Assembly (NCBI GenBank): GCA_051294375.1
Contig: CM119270.1
Coordinates: 14,854,046 to 14,918,045, forward strand
Origin: Paraspadella gotoi
Taxonomy: Eukaryota > Animalia > Chaetognatha
Direction: 5' to 3'
Length of the DNA stretch: 64,000 nucleotides
The translations under genes and the position numbers were made by a program. The first letter of the stretch is position 1; every line of letters begins with the position of its first letter. Positions 57,738 through 64,000 of the stretch are shown here, piece after piece. The notes below the pieces were generated by a model. The model was not told the origin of the DNA. It searched no databases and saw only the letters and a list, made by a program, of their open reading frames with translations.

Positions 57738-58095
57738 TCTTCTAATTTGATAATTTTGATAACATTTTGCCTAATATAACAACGAGGCCAACGAAATTTT
57801 CAAATACGACAACTTCAACGACAACTACAACAACGACGCCAACGCCAACAATAACGACAACAACCACAACGCCAACAACCACGACGACGACTACGACAAC
57901 GCCAACAACAACGCCAACAACGACAACGTCAACAACAACGACAACGCCAACAACGACTACAACCCCGCTGAAACCGATCCCGGGAACGAACGTTTATTAT
58001 TCCAACGCGGATTTGTTGAAAATAATGATGAATCTGGAGAAGAAATTTCCTCATCGAGCTCATTTATATACGATTAGATAGAGAGTCAGATATTT
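57738..58095 (+). pseudogene. Thr-rich linker plus N-terminus of an M14 (carboxypeptidase D/E-like) domain, with in-frame stops
   Basis: YYSNADLLKIMMNLEKKFPHRAHLYTI resembles M14B Y.....L.......YP....LYSIGKSV. The following ATT AGA TAG AGA GTC looks like decayed IGKSV. There is also a TAA at 57743. Confidence 0.5.
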
Positions 58096-59484
58096 TTTTA
58101 ATGGTCAATTGAAATTTTTTTTTTTTAGGTTCTTTATTAACTTTATTAACTTTATTAAATTTTTTTAAATGGCCACTGTCTTTTATTTAAAGTTTAAATA
58201 ATCACAGATACAGAAGCGATCACAGAAAAATTTTTTTAGACAGGCATTTTTAAAAAAATTCCTTAATTCAGGTAGTTTTTTTCTTTTTTTAATATATATA
58301 TAATTCTTGACTAATCCAACTATTTTTTTCTGATGGTCATAGCCTTTTTTCGTAAATTTTTTATGTTTGTATTTGCAATACAAAAATTTATATAAAAACT
58401 GAGTTCTGATTACACATTCTTTGTCAGTTTGCGCTTCTAGTTGAAACTGAAATTGTTGCATAGAATATTCGACAAAACATTTGTTTCTGTCCTTTCCGCC
58501 TCTCTCTCTCTCTCTCTTTAAGTGAAAGGTAAGGACAGTTGTCATTTTCTTTATCATTTTGAATTCCGGTGGAATTAACGGGAGAAGCATGGAAGCTTAG
58601 CATGGTCGTTGTCATTGCCACTCTCACTATCACCGAAGTAAAGCACCAACAACCTTTTCTTTCATTTCAGAATCATTGAAGATGAATTAGTAGGTGATGG
58701 CAATCCTGTTCATTTGAACAGCTTGTCTATTGAAGGTTCCTTAACAAAAATGTTTTCATGGCTCCTTAAATAATAATTTTTTTTTCTGATAGATTAATTT
58801 TTTCCGGCTCAAAGCTTTTTAAAAGGTTCCCGAACCAATTCGGATTTTTTTTTTTCTTTTTTAATAATTCATTTATTTTTTATCTTTTGCAAACTTTAAT
58901 ATTTTTTTCTTTTTTAAAAACTAAATCTTTTTAATCAATATTTTAATATACACATTTTTATATCTTTAACCTAAATATTTTTTTTAATTTAAGGCTAACA
59001 TTCTTTTTTAGATTCCTATATTTGTGGCGAACGGTCGCTAAACTCCAGAACGGAAATGGATGGCGTCGATTATATTAAATATTTAAATTAATATTAAATT
59101 GTTTTTTATGAAAACTTATGTTGTTTTTCAAGGTTTTTTGCCTAACCAAAATATTATTTCTACTTTTGCCAATGGTTATTTTTTTTAATTTTTTATTCGA
59201 AGCAATACATTTTTTTCTGATGACCAATATCACTTTTTGGTTCGCAATACAAAAATACAAAACAAAACCGTGTTCAATTTAACATTTTATATAGCTATCT
59301 CATACTTAGTTAAAATAAAACGTAAACTTGTCATCAATAGCTACAAAACTATTTGTCTCTTTTCTACCTTATTTTTCTACCCTCTCCCATTCTCACTCTC
59401 TCTCTATCTCTCTCTCTCTCTTTTCAAGATTTCTCTCTAACGACGTGTAGATCAACTAAAAATTAAAAACCTAACAATTAAACT

Positions 59485-59490
59485 TTTATT
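59485..59490 (-). terminator. Candidate poly(A) signal of SPAG16
   Basis: AATAAA on the minus strand, ~280 nt after the stop. Confidence 0.4.
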
Positions 59491-59766
59491 TACATACAAA
59501 TTTATATAAATATTCAGTACAATTTACATTATAAATAATAGAACACCAAAGCAATCGTATTGGTTCAACTTAATCATGATTCCTTTGATAAAAAAACAAA
59601 TTTTCCGTCGAAAACGTCGCCTTTCGTCGTCGTCGTCGTCGTCGTCAGCAACCAAAGATCGTAATAATGTTCATCGCTTCTTGATGATCACTGATTATAT
59701 TTCGCTCCTAAGCCACCCTGTAACTTCGCGAGGACCACACCTCCACTCCACACCCACTCCACTCTT

Positions 59767-62263
59767 CTATGACCACACCGCGACGTTGGCGTCGTTTCCA
59801 CCGGAAACTAAAAAATCTCCAGAGATGTCGAACCTAACGCACTGGACGCTGTCCTCGTGACCTGAACGAGATTTCGATCAAAATGAGAAGTTGAAAAGAG
59901 GCAGACAGTTGGACAGTCGGACCAGAAGACACAGAGAGCCAGACAGGCTTAAAGACAGGCAGAGGGACACACAGATACACGTACAATCGGAAAGAGACAG
60001 ACAGTTATTCTGTCACTATGACAAAAAGAAAGACAGAATGAAGGAAACAGAAACAGACAAACGGGCTTGTGAATAATGATCATCCATACAGATCGACGAT
60101 TAAAGAGGCTCTCAGAAAGCCCAAGAAGAATAAAAATAAAACAAACATACGGACTTTCAAAAGGACGCACGGACCGACCTATCAAGGCTGTCGTCAACTC
60201 GTCGGCGACGACGAACATCTTGACGGTGGCGTCGTTGGAGGCGACGGCGACGCAGGAGGCGGCGCCGTCGAACGCCACTTGATTCGCCATGTGGGGACCC
60301 ATGTCCATCTGAAGGAGGGTTTTCGAAGGGATTGAGGCGAAGGGAGAGAGTAATGATTCCTTAATATATCAGTGTTTAACGTAAATTGATATGAATTAGT
60401 ACAACCAATATAAAAATTATCCATTCATTTAATAAATAGCTATCTTGCCCCTGACTTTGGACAGGCTTTGGTGGTTTAAGGCCTCCATCACTCTTACAAG
60501 ATAATGACATAGCAGGTCCCTACAAGCTTTCAATCAAGATTATCTCACAGTCTTGTTTATTCACTTCCAGAGTATGTAATATAGTATAGTAGTAAAATAG
60601 TATGTAATACGTATATCAAACTGGTCGAGTCGTCTCTAATAACTTTCACTTCACTCCAAAACACGCACAAAATATTATCCGATATATTTCAAGATGAAGT
60701 CGCCTCACAACTAATTTTCCGTAATTAAAAAAAAACATACTGAGGCTGGATTTTCACTTCGAGTTTTCATTATGGCAGATCTTTGGTTAATATTATACAA
60801 TATATACAATCAATAAAATCAATAATTACAATGGCGAAATATTGTTAAATTATTGTTATATTTTGTGCTAAATAAATAAAGAACCTTGTAAATCTACTCG
60901 TCCCAGAGAATTGAAAGGTGAAGGAACTGGTTGGAAAGCGGAGGGAGGACTTTGCTATTTGGCTTTTTTACCGAGAATTGAATTGTTTGTTGTTTTTGTT
61001 TTTCGAATTTCGGGTGGCGCATGAAGTCTTCCACCTTCCATTGAACCTCGCGGATGTTTGCTAAGGCACTCGCTGGGTTCCCTGTTGTTGGTTACTAGGG
61101 ATTCGAGGTGAGCTACAGGGTGTAGCTCGTCCAAGGCTCAAGTCTCCTGGAAGCTGGATTACAGAGGGACGCCACCACCTCCGACGAAAAACTCAGACGC
61201 GTTAAAAAATATTTATCATTTTCATTTTTTTTAAGAAAAAGGGTCATTCAAATCAACTTGAAAATAGGCCTAAAGGGAGTACAGAGTCAAAATTTTTATT
61301 TTAGAATCGATAATTTTGCCTAATTTTTTATCCCGCTTTTCTCCATAATGAAACTGAATTCAGAGTTAGGTAGAAAAAATTCTCAGATAATTTGCGGATA
61401 ATCAATCTTACGATAATAAATAAAGCATAAAAATAAACTTTTAATGAGCATTCGGAATCGATTCCAACTTAATTTTTATTCTAAATTTTTAATATCACGT
61501 GATCTGAATCGAAAAACGAAAGATTAGTACAAATTAATAATAACGGCAATTAATGAGAATTAATCATAATTAAAAATTTCAGTTTTATAGATTATAAGTT
61601 CGAACCCATTTAAAACGTTCAACAAAAACTTATGTCCACAATTTTCACATTGCCTGACACCCCTGGCTGGGGTGTGAGGCATCTCCCGACAATTGGCGCT
61701 GAAGGATTTAGACCCCATGTCACTGTCGTGTTTATGCCGAAACCATCACACTTTAACCAACGTTACCGTGAGGGGATTGTACCCGGAACTCACTGTTGGT
61801 GAACGAGTACTTAGCTGTCCAAGCCAATGGCATGAGCTTTGTTTCACTAAGCAATACGGGAGGCAAATTTAGGATTCGCCACAGGCTCACAAAAAAATTA
61901 AAATTTACGTCATAGCGACGTCTTAAATAAGAAACAACTAAAACAAAGGAGCAGCGCAACGACAACTCCCTCTCCGCAAACGCCGACAATCCCCCCGGAC
62001 TTCTGCGCACCTGCATCATGGGCGCGACGTGACGAACGTCCCACATCTTGACGTGACCGAAGGCGTCGCAGGAAGCAATCGTGTCTCCGCGCATATTGAA
62101 GGAGGCGTGACTGACAGCGTGGGCGTGGCCGTAGAACGTGTGCGCGCAGAGTCCCGCGCGTGCGTCCCAGAGCGAGACCGTCTTGTCGGCCCAGAATGAG
62201 GAGAGAAGTACGTTGGAGAAAGGAAGGAATTGGACGCTGTTCACTGAGTCCGTGTGGCCTGGA

Positions 62264-62339
<76 letters not shown>

Positions 62340-62365
62340 AGAGAGAGAGATGAGAGAGAGAGAGA

Positions 62366-62396
<31 letters not shown>

Positions 62397-63859
62397 GTGA
62401 TGATGATGATGATGATGATTGATGATGATGCTGAACGAAAATTAGATATTTTTTACAAAGAATCATTGGTAAGAAAAAAAAGTCAAGGAAGTCATTGTTT
62501 TGATGGTTAAAGTACGATTTGCTTTCACAATTAGCCTATAGATAAGTAACTACAAATAAACAAGTTTGAACAAACAATGCCGGATCTGCCCACGATCATT
62601 AGCGGTAAGCAGAAGATCAGATAATTAATTAATTAATTAATTAATTAATTAATTAATATTATTTTTTTTTATTCGGTTCAAAATCGTTTAAGACTTTGTC
62701 TCGCCTCTCAATCACAAAACAACAATCTCGATCACAAAATTAATTAATTAATTAATTACAAATAGTTAATAATTAATTAATTACTTATTTATTAATAATT
62801 AATTAAAGCAGCTTGAATTTACATTTAATATAAAAATAAAAAAGCGTAATCAAATAGTGAAATAGATTGTTTTTTTCCATTTTAACTCATTTCCACTTTG
62901 ACGACTCCATCGAGACTTTATTTCCTGCTCAATCACACACTTTCCTACCGACATACCAAATTTGAAGTCAAACGCCCCATTCACTCATGAGTAATTGGCG
63001 TTCAAATAGTGAAATAGATATTTTTTTTCCATTTTAACTCATTTTCACTTGGACGATTCCAGCGAAACTCGATTTCCAGCTCAATCACACACTTTCCTAC
63101 CCACACACAAAATGTCATTCCAATCCATCCATCAAATCACGAGTAATTGGAGATTTTTGCTAAGGTGGGACGGACGGACGGGCGGACGGACGGACAGAAA
63201 GACAGACAGACAGATGGACATCATTTTTTTTGCATAATTTATCATAATTCGATGTTCTGACATGATATAAGCCCCACAAGATTGGGGGGCGGACCGACGG
63301 ACCGACAAAGTGAATTATAAACAAACAATAAAGGTAATCACGAATGAACAGCCCGATGCTTCCTCATAACCAACCTCGCAAAGTCGTCCGGCATCGCTTG
63401 CTCCCGATGTCCCAGACTTTCACGCTGTGATCCAAAGAGCAGGTGGCGACAAATTTGCCACCCGATTGCCAGGTGCAGCCCCACACGGCGCCCTGGTGGC
63501 CGTGGAAAGAGAGCACCTCCGAAGCCGTGTTGGCGTTCCAGATCTTGGGGAAGAGCGATTGAAACAGGTCGGGGAATTTTGGGTGATGTGGATAAATTCA
63601 TGAGAAAATTCCACTACAAAGTTAAATAATTATTTTGCATGAAAACACGAATAACAATTTGCTTTGATGGCCCAATCGTTTTCTAAATTTTTCCGCACCT
63701 TACTTTTTTCCCCTTCCAAGCCCTTACCTTGCAGGATGAGTCTCCACTCGCCGTCGCGATGAGATTTCCATCGGGACTGAACTCGACGGCGGAAACCCAA
63801 TCCTTGTGACCCACTCCGGTAGCGATGGCTTCACCCGATGGCAGTCCCCAGAGCTTCCA
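59767..63859 (-). CDS. SPAG16: Sperm-associated antigen 16 (PF20) WD40 protein, last five exons (5' part beyond the window)
   Basis: Exons 63859-63728, 63543-63375, 62258-62011, 60308-60179, 59861-59767; GT-AG and phase-consistent. WKLWGLP..GHKDWVS, GHQGAVWGCTW, GHTDSVNSVQFLPFSNVLL, IASCDAFG.VKMWD and GHEDSVQCVRFD..VWS* match the SPAG16 C-terminus as recalled. Confidence 0.92.
60396..60570 (-). mobile_element. Dispersed repeat family, copy 3 (SPAG16 intron)
   Basis: Reverse complement of 10531-10718. Confidence 0.75.
61650..61830 (-). mobile_element. tRNA-derived SINE (SPAG16 intron)
   Basis: Minus strand GCCATTGGCTTGGACAG (A-box-like) ... CCGGGTACAATCCC (B-box-like); same GCCATTGG start as the copy at 38421. 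Confidence 0.5.
62851..63150. repeat. Diverged tandem duplication, ~152-bp period
   Basis: CAAATAGTGAAATAGAT...GCTCAATCACACACTTTCCTACC at 62851 and 63003. Confidence 0.8.
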
Positions 63860-63903
63860 CTGCAGTTTGAAAGTAAAGAGAAGGAGAGAGAAAGAGAGAA
63901 GAG

Positions 63904-63976
<73 letters not shown>

Positions 63977-64000
63977 ATGTTAAAGAATCACCCAATTAGT

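Overview
AT-rich, microsatellite-dense metazoan genomic DNA (invertebrate, plausibly arthropod) from a gappy assembly. Much of 1-24 kb reads like unpolished long-read sequence with dense indels, and five gaps are exactly 25 N. Most ORF-track entries are simple-repeat artefacts, so the genes were spliced by hand. (1) Plus strand, ~6-32.5 kb: the 7TM and C-terminal part of a class C GPCR (metabotropic glutamate receptor-like). Its TM2-TM5 exons are frameshifted, its TM7 exon is clean, and a phase-consistent chain of tail exons carries a PPxY motif and ends in the PDZ ligand -TTEI*. Its introns hold a degenerate LINE and a Ty3/Gypsy pol. (2) Minus strand, 36618-42741: a complete, phase-consistent 7-exon gene (1026 aa) with a divergent SH3, two SH2 domains and a ~700-aa disordered tail rich in Tyr motifs. 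No catalytic domain is visible. This is the best novelty candidate. (3) Minus strand, 59767-63859: the last five exons of SPAG16. Also present: a decayed M14 carboxypeptidase-like exon, a possible small minus-strand gene at 44.3-47.6 kb, tRNA-derived SINEs, MITEs (one inserted in a SINE A box), an intronic hammerhead-like motif with a target-site duplication, and two large duplications that look like assembly artefacts. All family assignments come from recalled motifs; no searches were run.
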